Below are positions 24,682-36,555 of a stretch of DNA of 64,000 nucleotides, one piece after another; within the stretch, counting starts at the first letter, position 1, and each line of letters begins with the position of its first letter. Source of the stretch: Lepidodermella squamata (taxonomy: Eukaryota; Animalia; Gastrotricha); the NCBI GenBank assembly GCA_047495785.1, contig JBLDXI010000024.1, positions 4,030,001 to 4,094,000 of the forward strand. The letters are read 5' to 3'. Both the position numbers and the translations under genes were made by a program. The notes under the pieces were generated by a model. The model was not told the DNA's origin, searched no databases, and saw nothing but the letters and a program-made list of their open reading frames with translations.

Positions 24682-27600
24682 TCATAGCTTGGAGGGGTCT
24701 TTGCTACCGTCGACACCATCACAGTTGGAATCGCTCATTTTGAACAGCGTGTAGATTTTCTTGGCCTGGGGCGCGAATTCTGGCGTGCTGGCGAGAATGA
24801 GCTGACCGGTTCCTTTGTAACGGTTGAAAGCGGCTATCACTTCGCGGACAAATGGCGATACAAACGCCGGGCCTTCGATCGCTAGAACTTCGTCAATCTA
24901 AAATATGAAGAAAAAATGAATTACTCGGTTTTTCGAAAATTAAAAAAAAATGAAATTCAATAATCGAGATGAATGTTTTAATTTACTGAAATTTGTTGAC
25001 ACCACTATCGAATTCATTTCTCTATTATATTTCTTTGAATATAAAGCTAGCTTCCTATATTTACGGTAACAGCACCAAATTTGATTTAAGTTTAACCTTT
25101 TTTAAAACTGCGTCTCCTTGGGAATTTTTCAACAACATGATCCTGAATCTTATTACTAATTATTCAAATTGGATAGGGCGAACGAAAAATGAGGAGACAA
25201 TCCTGTTCAGTTCACAAAAGCTCGGTATCAACTCTCGCGACAGTCTGATCCACTTTTTGGCGGAGGAAAGCCATTGCCAACTTCGAATAAAATGTCCCCC
25301 GATCTGGAACCCCGAGTGAGTTTGGTTCCAGAAAGTATTTCTTAGCTCCGAAAAGGTCTGAATGGAGTGTTGAAGTATAAATTAAAGGAATCCCTAACAC
25401 TTTTTGCGAAAGAAATTTAAGTGATTACAGACAGTCAGACTGATCCATCGCCTTCAATGTCGGGCTTGGGTTATCTGGAAGATAGTAACAAAGAAAACAC
25501 AGCCTATTTCTTCATAGGCATCCGCATCGAAACAACGCGAAGCTCTCACTGCCTCGGCACCCCCGACTTTCACTGCAACTGCGTCTATTGCAGCACTGAA
25601 GAAGCCACTGACCAAGTATTCAACTCCACCACCTCAACCGGGTTCGAAGCGGGCAAGAAGAGCGAATAAGGGCGATAATTCACCAACTACCGCGTGCATC
25701 ACGGATTATTTAAAGAGTGACAGCCCAAAGAAGAGCGCGACAACAGCAAGCCGAACAACGAGCGCGCCATCTACTGCGCACTTTGATGTTGTGCTCTCGA
25801 TCCGTAACTGAGACCAACTACTAGCAACTAACTACTAAATGACTCAATAAACACTAAAAACTGAAAACTGACCGCGGACAACAATAAACACAGCCTAAAA
25901 GTCGCCCAAACAACATTGAAATCTCGATATGCCATGATAATAACCCGGAATTAATGGACCGCAAACTTCATAAAAATGGCCTGGATTTGAATGAATTTAA
26001 CTTCTGCCAAGCGTCTAGGAGTTTAGGCTATGACTTTAATAAGGTTTTCAAACCGTTCACATTGAAAACTTGCGAACAGATGAGGTGCGTTAGGGTATGT
26101 ATTAGAGAGTTTGTGTGTGTTTTCTGTGCGAAGTAGCGCAAATTCAAATGCTGAAATGTACTACTCTTTTCACCTAGAATGTTTTTACCTATACGTTAAA
26201 CTGAAGTATAATACTAATGCGCGAGCCGGTTCTTCGGAAACTGAATCACTTGGATAGTTTATCAGATCTCGTCAAAAAGCTGTTCAAGTTATTCAAGTTG
26301 ACCTGGAGTGAGTTTATTGTGATACTTTAGGCCCAAAGGAGAGGCCCCCGGTGTCATCGGATGACGACTCGGAAGCGGAAGCCCCGGTTGTTCGTGCTAA
26401 ATCGGCCGGGCCGGCCAAGGCACCGGTTAAACGGGGCCCTGGTAGGCCCAAAAAGACAACATCGGATGAAGATTCAGATTCAGAAGCGAAAGCCCCGGTT
26501 GGTCCAGCTACGTCTGCCAAGACTCGGCGAGCTCGATTTCAACTCGAGTCGAGCTAGGCAGCAAAAACATTATTGATTTTGATTACACTGTGATTGTGAT
26601 TGTTCTGTGATAGTTTTTGTGTGCTTAAATAGTGATGGAGATTTGAAAAAGGAAAATAATAGGTCATTTCAGTAGTCAGTGTATTTTTCAAATTTTGATT
26701 GGAAACTTGGAAAGCTACGGTCACATTACCACGATGTTGCTACGATGCCACTAAGACGCGAATTACGATTGGAGTGGTCATTTTTTACTCGCTTGTCGAA
26801 CAAATTTAAGAATTTGAGGCAAGCATGATTTTAGAATTGAACAGCACGACTTGGGCAGAATTTTACGGCGAATTTAATGAATATTTATTAAGAATTATAT
26901 CGGTCAACTACGACACTCGTCGAAGTTCCGAGAAGCGGTATTAGGCCCATTGAAAAATTCAAAATTTTGGTTCCGCTACAGCAAATTTGGTTCCGGTGAA
27001 AGGAGAATACATTGTAAATAATATTTAAAAAATCAAAATAATATTCAAATTAATTCCTTGAAACTTTTAGCATTTTACCATTTTTCTGGTTCCACTAATA
27101 ATTTTTACAACTTTCAAGTTTGAAAATGTGATTACTCACCGATTTCCAGCCGACCTCGGCGATTTCCTTGCCATCTGGCTCCGCATCGCGCGTAATCGGC
27201 CTGCATAGGCACATGTAGTACGTATCACCCGTATCAAACCGGAACGGATAGACGTGGCGGAACAGCATTATCCCGACAAATTCCACCTTAACGCCCGTTT
27301 CTTCAAACACCTCGCGAACACACGCCTGCGACAGCGTCTCGCCGCTATCAACCGACCCGCCCGGAAATTTCCACCCTAGGTATGGGCCGTGCCTCTCGCG
27401 GATACACAAAACCTTGCCATTGTCCGGGTCGTAAACAAAACCGCCCACTCCGATGTTATTGCCGCAATATTCGGGAATCGACGACGGTTGGCCTTCGACC
27501 AGCCACCGCGTCATTACTAGATACGTAGGTTTAGAATGGTGAAAAATGAACTCATGCGTGACGGCGATGGGTATCAAATGAGCGTTTTTTATCGATATAT

Positions 27601-27816
27601 TCAGCCAAATCGAACGCCGGCCAACTTCTTTCCACGAAGCGAGGCTTTCGATCAGAGACTGCTCGAAATGAGGTCCTTCGATGTACTCATCGCCGATAGA
27701 TACAATAACGCCATTAAAACTGAAAAAAACAAGAGAAAATTTGAAAATTAACGGAAAAATTACGAAAAAGACCTGTCTACTTTGCCGTCTAAAATTTGAT
27801 TTGAGTTTTGTGCCAT
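24682..27816 (-). CDS. NUDT6: Nudix hydrolase NUDT6-like (exons about 27816-27773, 27719-27140, 24897-24682)
   Basis: N-terminal domain L.G.VDSFNGV...SLASW...G.RSIWL...F.FHH...Y..MTRWL; Nudix box GGSVDSGETLSQACVREVFEETGV; last exon continues in phase (WKS|IDEVL). Confidence 0.85.
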
Positions 27817-27891
27817 GTTATTTTGTGAGAATTTTTATGACCTATTTAAGCACAAAATTCAAATTTTTTCGGATTTATTTGAAAGCAAAAT

Positions 27892-28311
27892 TTACCTAGT
27901 TTCTTCCTCGGATTCTTTGAAAGCTCGCTTGATTTTCAGCCTTTCAATATTGCGCCGCTTTCTCTCCTTTTTATGCTCGGTCGATTCGACTTTTTCCTGC
28001 GCTAATTCCGACTTAGCACCGTTGTAGAACACGTCGAGTTGCAGGCGAAGTTTCTCACGGGCGCGGTCTCGATTCTCGAAAAGTGACCTCGATTCGTGGG
28101 CTTTCACAACTAGACCCGTTGGCTTGTGTTTAAGCTGGACGCAGTTCGATGATTTGTTAACCGACTGACCGCCCGGACCGCCGCCTTTTATGAAGCTCTC
28201 CTCGATGTCGGCCTCGTTTAGGACAACCGGCTTGTAGTCGTCGCTTAAATTGCGGCGAAAAATTGCAGAAAAATTACGCTGGGCAAAACAACGCCTCAGC
28301 GCAAAACTCAT
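27892..28311 (-). CDS. MTRFR: Mitochondrial translation release factor in rescue (C12orf65/MTRFR)
   Basis: Mitochondrial-type N-terminus, EESFIKGGGPGGQSVNKSSNCVQLKHKPTG, RS..ENR..AR, basic C-terminus. Confidence 0.92.
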   Translation of the reverse strand: MSFALRRCFAQRNFSAIFRRNLSDDYKPVVLNEADIEESFIKGGGPGGQSVNKSSNCVQLKHKPTGLVVKAHESRSLFENRDRAREKLRLQLDVFYNGAKSELAQEKVESTEHKKERKRRNIERLKIKRAFKESEEETR

Positions 28312-28994
28312 GAAAAAATCTAAAATTAAAATAATTAAACATTATTTTTGTTTTACTCCAGGTACAAATAATTTCTCATACTCAAGCGAGAACCTATGTT
28401 ATATTATATAAGCTTGTAGTTTTTTCACGTGATAAAACCGCGATTTCTGGGCAGGGAATTTTAACCCAGACTATGACGAACGGACCGCGTCCAAAAATGA
28501 GCAAATATTGTGATAATATTTATTACACCATTTTCAAGATAACGCGTATGTTGTTTTTATCTACGATTACAGCACGAAACGATGACAAAAATCTACAGAA
28601 CTGATACATAGAATGTGAAAGAACAACGGGAAATATTTATGCGTAGATAACTCGGAAAAATTTCGCGATTCGAATTTCAAATAATTTCAAAATAATTTTC
28701 GAAATTGCTCTCGCAAAAATTCTTCCAAGTGAACTGATTGAATATATTGTCAAGCACGGGAAAAAAATTTTCGAACGGGTTTTTATTTGATTTCGAAATA
28801 CATTAAATTTCGAAAACGGACAAGTTTAATCAATAATTATTTTTCAACATTAAATGCACATCAATAGGAACAGAAAAAAATGGCAACAAAATTTTCAATA
28901 AATCAAAACGATTTTTCTGTATATTTAGTTCATGCACTCACGTTTGAAATAGCCGAACCAAAATGGTCGCCATTCTTTTTTCGATTTTTTCTAT

Positions 28995-30744
28995 TCACAT
29001 TTTGACTTTCATAATTTTCGATTTCTGACGCTTTTTCATCTCCTTCTTCATCTGACGAGCCTCGAGCTTGCTCTGGCGCTTTTCGTCGTCCATTTCCATG
29101 ATTTTCTCCTTCTCTTGACGGATTTTCTCCTCGCGCTTCTTCTGCGCCTCCTCCTGGCGTTGCGCGTGCTGCTCGCGCATGTAGCGCTCGAGCATTTTCT
29201 GGCGGTTCTTGTCGGCCTTGGACTTGGCCTCGCGGCTCAGGCGCAGACGCGCATAACGGTCGATGAAGTGCAAGCAGTATTGAACGAGCGGGCGCATTTT
29301 AGCCATATCGTCAGCAGACTGGCCGGGCACGTTGAAGCAAAACGTGAACGTTGATTCGGTTTCAGGTACTTTAGTACCATTTCCTTGGTCCTTTCTAAAA
29401 TTAACAAAAAAAATTCAGTTGAAAGACGTAAATTCATCTCAATTGTATAAAAACCAATTTAAATCAATTTTGCAAGAAAAAAGTTAAGGAGGATTTTTTG
29501 AAATTGACAAAAATTTTATAAATTTGATAAAATAATAAAATTGTTTGACAAAGCAAGTCATTATATGTTAAATGCTTTCGGCGAGTAGTACTGTGGATCA
29601 ATTAATCTTGTGTGTAGGGAAAATTAAAGCGCGTCTTACTAAGATTAGTTATCAGGCATTGTTTATGAGGTAAATCGATAAAACTTACTCAGCTTTCAAG
29701 CCGGAGTATTGATCAGAAACATGAATGTAATCGATGTATTCGGAATATTGTTCAAACATATTGAGCATGCGCGAATCGAGAACAGCTTCGGCCGCCTCGT
29801 GAATCTCACTCAAAACCTGGAATTGACTAGGCAACCCGTAACTCTCGCCGCGCTTTTTATCACCACAGAAGCTAGCGAGATCGATCATTTCTTTGTGAAG
29901 GTTTGCAAGAGCTTTCTTCGTTCCAATCGCCAGGACAAACGTGTCAGCTGCATCTTTTTCCATGGTAACGCGAATGATCACCTTGTCGTATTGCGGCTTG
30001 AAAAGTTGCGCGACTAAATGGAGCAGACATTGGCGTTTGATGAATCGTAACTCGACAAGCATTCCTTCGCAGCAAACACGGCCCGAGCACCATAAATTGT
30101 AGATATGCTCGGCATTTTTCAGCAGAGTAACGCTGTTACTCGGCTCTTTACCTTGGCCGTCATCGCCAACCAGCGAGAAATTGTTCTCCAATAACTCGCG
30201 GTGAGAATCTAACCAGGCTTGGGCCAGCTTAATATTTTTGCTGCGACCAGTAAGGTAGTTCAAGAAGTAAATAACGATAATGGCAACCATGATCAGCTCA
30301 GCGACGTAAGCATCAATGCGACCACGGCGAGGCAAGGGAACGTTGAGAACAGTTGGTTCTTTGAACTTTTCAGTCTTGACCTTCTCAGTTCGCTCGCCAT
30401 TTCCGTTTTCGAATTCTTCGTCGTCTTGAAGGAACGCATCCTCATCGTCATTTTCGACGGTGATCGCCTCAGCGTCTTTATCTGGTCGAGCTGCAGCTGG
30501 TTTCGGTGTAGGTTTGGCTTCCTGCTTTGGCTCTTGATGAATAGGTTTTTGCTGCTTAGGCGGAGGAGCTTCAAATTCTAAAACGATTTAAAAATAAATC
30601 CAAAGCTCGTAAAAATTAATGTCAAAACAAACCTTCTTCGTCAAACTGCTCGAATTCGGCAAATTCATCGTCAGAAGAATTAGCAGCCGGGTGTAAAATA
30701 GCCATCAGCACCAACATTATTGCGATCAACTTGAGAGACACCAT
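28995..30744 (-). CDS. CCDC47: PAT complex subunit CCDC47 (3 exons)
   Basis: Signal peptide + DDEFAEFE, TM helix then YLTGRSKN, WCSGRVCCEGMLVEL, IHVSDQYSG, basic coiled-coil C-terminus. Confidence 0.92.
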
Positions 30745-30925
30745 TTTCGATAATTTCTAAATATTGGAAATAAAGGAATTAACGATCTCGTTTACTATTG
30801 AAATATAAAAGTCAGCCATCACCGTATTTCACCATCAACATCTTTACATATTTCTTTAATTCTGGTTTTCTTGCACAAAGTTTACCAACTCAATAAGTTT
30901 AACCTATGTGGAAAATTTAATATTT

Positions 30926-31186
30926 CTATGCGGTGATGCCGACAGATGTGTTTTCTGATGGATTTGATGCAGATAATTGCGCGCGGAATCGCTCGACGTC
31001 ATCGAGGGTGAATATGATGCGAATGATTAGGGAGCAGCTAGGACAAGTGGCAATGTCTTCCCCATTTTCCAAGTCATCCAGAGATATTTCGAAGCGATCT
31101 CCACATGGGCATGGATAGTAAAACTTGGCATCGTCGTTATTGAAGTCCAAATCCTCAATTTCAATCTCGTCGTGATAGACCGACAT
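30926..31186 (-). CDS. DPH3: Diphthamide biosynthesis protein 3 (CSL zinc finger)
   Basis: MSVYHDEIEIEDL..YYPCPCGDRFEI...GEDIATCPSCSLIIRI. Confidence 0.96.
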   Translation of the reverse strand: MSVYHDEIEIEDLDFNNDDAKFYYPCPCGDRFEISLDDLENGEDIATCPSCSLIIRIIFTLDDVERFRAQLSASNPSENTSVGITA

Positions 31187-31281
31187 AGTCAACACAATTT
31201 CTAAACAAGTCTATTAAATATCAAATGGATGAATAGCTTGGTAGAAAACTCTCTCATAACTCATCAAGATCATTTAATATG

Positions 31282-32740
31282 TACTAACAGAAATTTTTGC
31301 GAGGACTTTATTTCTGCGAATGGCCAATTTTTCAGGTAGTTTTAATTTCTGCGGACAAAATTTTTGCGAATGGAAAAAATGAGCTTTTTTCGGAGAATTC
31401 TGATCGCTTCCGGAGGGTTAAGGCTGAGGGTTAAAAGTTGAGGTTAGGGTTATGTTGGGGGTGGGTTGCCCTCTGAGAGTGAGCCCTCTTGGCACTTCTA
31501 CACACGAAATTGGAAGAGGATCGGCAACTGACGTCATAACGTTTAGCTGTTCTTAGCGTAACGCTATTGACTATTGGTCCGGGTCAACTTTCAAAACCCA
31601 AACCAGCAAAAAGAACAGGTCTAACCCTAAGATGACTCGTGAATATTTTTGGCTTTGAGAGATAGAAAGGTAGCTGTCTTAACTGACATATTGTAATTTG
31701 ATGGCGAAGCTATTTTCAAAAAGGATTTCCCCGGTGCTCTCGCCCCTATCAATAGTTTTGAACTCAACGAGCCATGCGCGAGAAGCGTCTGCCGAAGGAT
31801 GAACTCTTATACCAGGAAGGCTGCAAATCAACATTGAGCAAAATCCCTGAGCTTGAATCCGTCGTTTTTTTTCATTTACCGCGAGGTTCACTTGTAGAGA
31901 TGTAAACTACGCCCGCTGAGCCTCGAGAAAGTTTTCACTAGAAATTTCGTTTTTCCAACGACAGTTTGAGCACAAATTCTTGTACGAACCCGGGCTTCGA
32001 ACCCGTGCATCACTAAAACCCCACTAAAACCTATACTAGTTGCAGTGGCGGAGATAAGAGGTTGTTCGGGGGATGCAAGCGACCGTAAATTACCGTAAGC
32101 CGTAACCCCAAAAATGGACCTTTTTAGCCCCTCTTTAGGCTTTAGGCAAAGAAAGCGCCAAAAGGCTTTCCGAAAAGCCCACAAGTAGGTAAAGCCGAGT
32201 ACTGCTATGTGTCTGCTATATTCGGTTGGCTCACATGACAATAATGATGACAAGGCGTTTTTGTGGCGATGAAAAACTACGAAAAATCGAAAAAAAACAA
32301 ACACGAGCTGGAGACTTTATTTAAAGTTCCCTGGGGTTTTGAAAAATGAAGTTGTGACCCCCTTACTCAGACTATTTTCCCACCTCGTGCTAGCTTAGCT
32401 TATCCGACTTATTTCCGCCACTGGCTAGTTACCTGTTACCTAGGAACCGGGCCACTTTGCTCATTAAATCTGTGAAATTTTATCCTCTAGGCCATGCTAA
32501 TTGCTCTACATACCATGGAAAATGGCTAAGGGGCCCAACCCGGCTAGGTAGCCTGTATTCCCTTGCTTCATATGAAGGGGCATGCAAACTTTCACGAGCC
32601 TGAGCGATTATTGCTTCGTTTTAAGCGAATTCTGAAGAATTAGTGGGACTTAAATTCTGCGAATTTAATTTTTGCGAGTCAAAATTTTCTCGCAGATTCG
32701 CAAAAATTAAGTCCTCGCAGAAATTTCTGTTTTTACAGTA
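31282..32740. mobile_element. Non-autonomous TIR element (about 1.46 kb), degenerate and possibly composite
   Basis: Left aacagaaatttttgcgaggactttatttctgcgaa matches the reverse complement of right ttcgcaaaaattaagtcctcgcagaaatttctgtt; no long ORF. Confidence 0.65.
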
Positions 32741-33277
32741 TATTAAATACCCATCAACGCCTTCACTTTTGGCACAGTGGGTAGAGTATGCAGAGCCAAA
32801 CATAAATTAAGTGATAAGGGGACAAGATGCAACTCAGCTCATAAAGAATATAGTAAAAAATCTCATGTTAGAAATCGTTGAATGACGCAATCGGGTTAGA
32901 GAAAATAATATTGAATATTGCACGCAAAAAATGCGAACTACATGGGCAATTATCAAGATCCAAGCAAGGATCAACGTCTGGACTATCGGTGATAAAAGGC
33001 ATACACGAGAGCAGATTGAGACATCACGCTCTGACTCTAATTCAATCCTCAATTACACTTGGATAACTGCAGAATCGATCGGCTATCGGCTTGACTTGGC
33101 TTCTGGCCTGGACTCTCTCGACACGCAGCTGTTGGAAAAGGGCTCAGCGAAAAGGCTAAGAACGAAAAACGGCTTCAGCAACCTGCGATTACTCGCTTGA
33201 AACTTTTATCCATTAATTTTCGGTCATTTAAAAACATTCGTTCTACAAAATTTTGTTTTTAATAAATGTCATAAAAT

Positions 33278-35486
33278 AAAAACTTCGCTTTTTGATTGAT
33301 CATCGTAAACGCGATGATGACGAGCCGGCAAACACGGCAGTTCTGACTGACGTTGTGCTACACTGGAAGCTTAAAGTCCCAAGTTTTTCTTCGTTCCCTA
33401 GTTCCCCTTTACCTATTTGCATACTTAGCAGGGACATTCTTTTAGCTCCGAATACCTGGAGCTTTTGACTGCGGCGTCCGCCGATTGCTGATTGCTTCTA
33501 GCATCGATCTTAGGCGTCGTTTTCATGTATTTGTTTCTTTTTACTACGTTTAGCTATTACAAAATGAGCGGTTTCAAGCGCGACAAGAAGGAGGAAGAAG
33601 AAGTCGCCAGCAATCCTCTTTACGCTATCGACAAGAGCACAGTGTTGCAAGATGCCAGATACTTTAATGAAAACAACGTTAGCCCTCGGCGCTGCATCCA
33701 AATTTTGACGAAGCTTCTTTATTTGATCAACCAGGTATGCATAGACCCAGAACTTTTCACAGTAGATATATACCGTATTTTACGAATTATAAGACCCTGC
33801 CCTGTATTTTTTTCAAACGAGGTTCAAGTCCTGCCCTGTATTTAGGGTCTGCCCTTTAATTCGGCTCTGCCCTATAATTTTTCGAACCTAATCAGTCACC
33901 TGAAAAGTACCTATATCAACAGTTAAAACCGCCGAATAACCCCTATAGCTACTGCCTTCCACCTGTGACTACACGCGTGAAGTGTGTACTCATGTAGATT
34001 AAGGTGGATAAAGGACGATTAGTGCACTTACTGACGAAAAATCGCAACCTATCCAACTTTAACCACTTACGCAGCAGGCGCTCATGTAAGCCACTTCATA
34101 CAAGGCCCTGCCTATTAATAAGGTTCTGCCCTTTATTATTTCAAATGACCATTACCCTCTGCCCTTTATTCCGGTTCTGCCCTATAATTGGGTCCTGCCT
34201 AATAATTCGTAAAATACGGTATATTATTGTTCAACATTAGGGTGAGTCCTTTGGAGTTCGCGAAGCCACTGATGCCTTTTTCGCGATGACGAAGCTATTT
34301 CAGCTGAGAGATCAAACTGTGCGCCAACTGATGTACATTACTATTAAGGAAATGACAACTATGGCCGAGAATGTAATCATCGTCACTAGCAGCCTGCAAA
34401 AAGACATGACTGGCAAGGACGACGTTTTCCGTGGACCTGCTATCCGCGCTCTTTGCAAGATCACCGATCTTGGCATGATGCAAGCCCTTGAGCGCTACAT
34501 GAAACAAGGCATTGTTGACAAAGTGCCGCCAGCTGCTTCAGCTGCTATCGTAGCATCTATCCATCTGAGCCGATCAGGTTCTGCCGGAGCTGATTTAGTT
34601 CGACGTTGGATCAATGAAGTACAAGAAGCTGTCAATTCCGACAACGTTATGGTTCAATACCACGCCTTGGGTCTGCTTTACGAAATCCGCCGTTTGGACC
34701 GTCTTGCTGTTGTGAAAATGTTGGGCAAATACGTCAAGCAGCCTCTTCGCTCACCATATGCGTCGACCTTCTTGATTCGTCTGGCTACCAAGACGATCAA
34801 TGAGGACGAACAAGGATCAGATTCGACGTTGTACGACTTCATCGAAAGCTGCCTGCGTCACAAATCTGACATGGTCGTTCTGGAGGCAGCTCGCGCTATT
34901 GTCAGTCTGCGCCAGTCTGGGCTGGGTCGTGATCTGAACCAGGCAATTTCATCCCTCCAGCTATTTTGCAGCTCTCCGAAACCTGTTCTACGTTTCGCAG
35001 CAGTTCGAACTCTCAGCCTTGTCGCTATGGACCAACCTCAGGCCGTTGCTGCTTGCAATTTGGATCTCGAGGGTCTGATCACCGATCAAAACCGTTCAAT
35101 CGCAACCCTGGCTATTACCACCCTGCTGAAAACTGGCACTGAGTCTTCAATTGATCGTCTGATGAAGCAAATTCAGTCGTTTATGTCTGAAATTTCGGAC
35201 GAGTTCAAAGTCGTCGTTGTCGACGCGATCAAATCGCTGTGCTCGAAATACCCGAGAAAGCATTCCGTTCTCATGTTTTTCCTGTCCCAGGCTCTTCGTG
35301 ACGACGGAGGTTTTGAGTTCAAGAAAGCGATTGTCGCCGCTATTATCGGAATTATCGAGGAAATCCCCGAGGCGAAGGAAGTTGGCTTGTCTCATTTGTG
35401 TGAATTCATCGAAGATTGCGAGCATACCCTACTTGCTATTCAAATTTTGAACCTGCTCGGACGAGAGGGCCCGCGAACTCTGACCC
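33278..35486 (+). repeat. 2,209-bp direct repeat, copy 1 (left target duplication of the LINE)
   Basis: Same sequence at 39919-42127 (offset 6641); all ORF-track translations in the two copies are identical. Confidence 0.95.
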
Positions 35487-35491
35487 TCTGA
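33564..35491 (+). pseudogene. COPG: Truncated COPG copy (about 473 aa N-terminal trunk; stop codon supplied by the LINE 5' end)
   Basis: Exons 33564-33734 and 34241-35491; matches the downstream COPG up to GREGPRTLT, then L-stop. Confidence 0.88.
33773..34219. mobile_element. Tc1/mariner-type (Tc2/pogo-like ends) MITE in COPG intron 1, copy 1
   Basis: TIR CCGTATTTTACGAATTAT / ATAATTCGTAAAATACGG, TA on both sides, subterminal ctgccct repeats. Confidence 0.85.
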
Positions 35492-35598
35492 AAATATCTG
35501 CGATTGAATATTAAATTTTCTGAGATAGGGGACGGCTTTGCCCGTTGTCGCTTAATTAAATAATTACTGAAAACTGGTCCATCTCTCCAGCGATTCCG

Positions 35599-36555
35599 AT
35601 GTTCCGATTCGAGGCGGAAGATGGAGAACTGAACGAACTGATGAAGCCGTTCGAGTACTTCAGCAATAACCGCAAACTGGGATATTCGACTTGTGCAGCG
35701 TTGGACAAGCGTGTCTCGAAGATCGAAGAGGTCTTGGAGGCAGTGCCCTACATCATGTTCAAGTACGTCGACCGAATGATGAAAACGTTCGAAACGAAAC
35801 TGGAGCAACGAATAGCAACTGGCACCACGAGCGAAGGTCTGAAGTCGCTTAAAGCAGAACTCCACAACGCTGCGGTCACAGCAGCTAGTGAAACGCATGA
35901 GTTCCTAAACACGCAAATGGTGTCGATCAACACTGAGTTAAACAAATGCAAGCAAGAGACAGAAAAGTGCAAGAAGGAAATCGACGATCTAAAACCGAAA
36001 GTCGATCAACCCAAAAAGTCATACGCCGAGGCAGTCGGTCAACTGAAGAAACAGGTGGCTAAAGTGGAGGCGAAAATTGAAGCGGATATTTATGCAGGAG
36101 CCGTCGTACTGAACGGAGTGAAGGAGGGCGAGGGAGACTCACTCGTAAGCGCGGTGAAAGCGGTGCTACCTCGGCTGCAGGGTGTCTTCTTCCGTGCTCG
36201 CCGACTTGGTTTGAAAAAAGAGAACAGCAACCGGCCAATCCTGGTGGTTCCGATCAACGGGGGTGTCACTGCTGAAAACTTTGACGGCATGGTAAAAGAG
36301 CTGCCAGAAGGTGTCAGAATGCGCCGTTTTCTACCTGCAAACCTAATGGAAGCAGAGAGTGCCCTATCGGCCGAGGGAAGAAAGTTGAACCCAGAGAAAA
36401 AAGAGGGCGTTTACTTCCAAATTCGTGGGCTACGAATGCGTGTCGTCAACAAAGATGGCATCGCACGACTGCGATACGACGTGGGATCCAAAAAGGCTGT
36501 ACTCAGCGAAGAGGAGGAAGCTGTATTCGACGGCTTCTTCCGACTACGAAAATGA
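35599..36555 (+). CDS. LINE ORF1 (coiled coil + RRM-like + C-terminal domain)
   Basis: Heptad-rich N-half; VVLNGVKE...RARRLG...NRPILV motif typical of L1/CR1/L2-type ORF1p. Confidence 0.85.
   Translation: MFRFEAEDGELNELMKPFEYFSNNRKLGYSTCAALDKRVSKIEEVLEAVPYIMFKYVDRMMKTFETKLEQRIATGTTSEGLKSLKAELHNAAVTAASETHEFLNTQMVSINTELNKCKQETEKCKKEIDDLKPKVDQPKKSYAEAVGQLKKQVAKVEAKIEADIYAGAVVLNGVKEGEGDSLVSAVKAVLPRLQGVFFRARRLGLKKENSNRPILVVPINGGVTAENFDGMVKELPEGVRMRRFLPANLMEAESALSAEGRKLNPEKKEGVYFQIRGLRMRVVNKDGIARLRYDVGSKKAVLSEEEEAVFDGFFRLRK

Noticed and set aside
27712-27714. ATG after a tttcag acceptor as the NUDT6 start
   Set aside because: Out of frame with an early stop; the start lies in an upstream exon at 27816
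36552-36554. AUG overlapping the ORF1 stop as the direct start of ORF2
   Set aside because: Wrong frame; it opens only a 26-codon ORF
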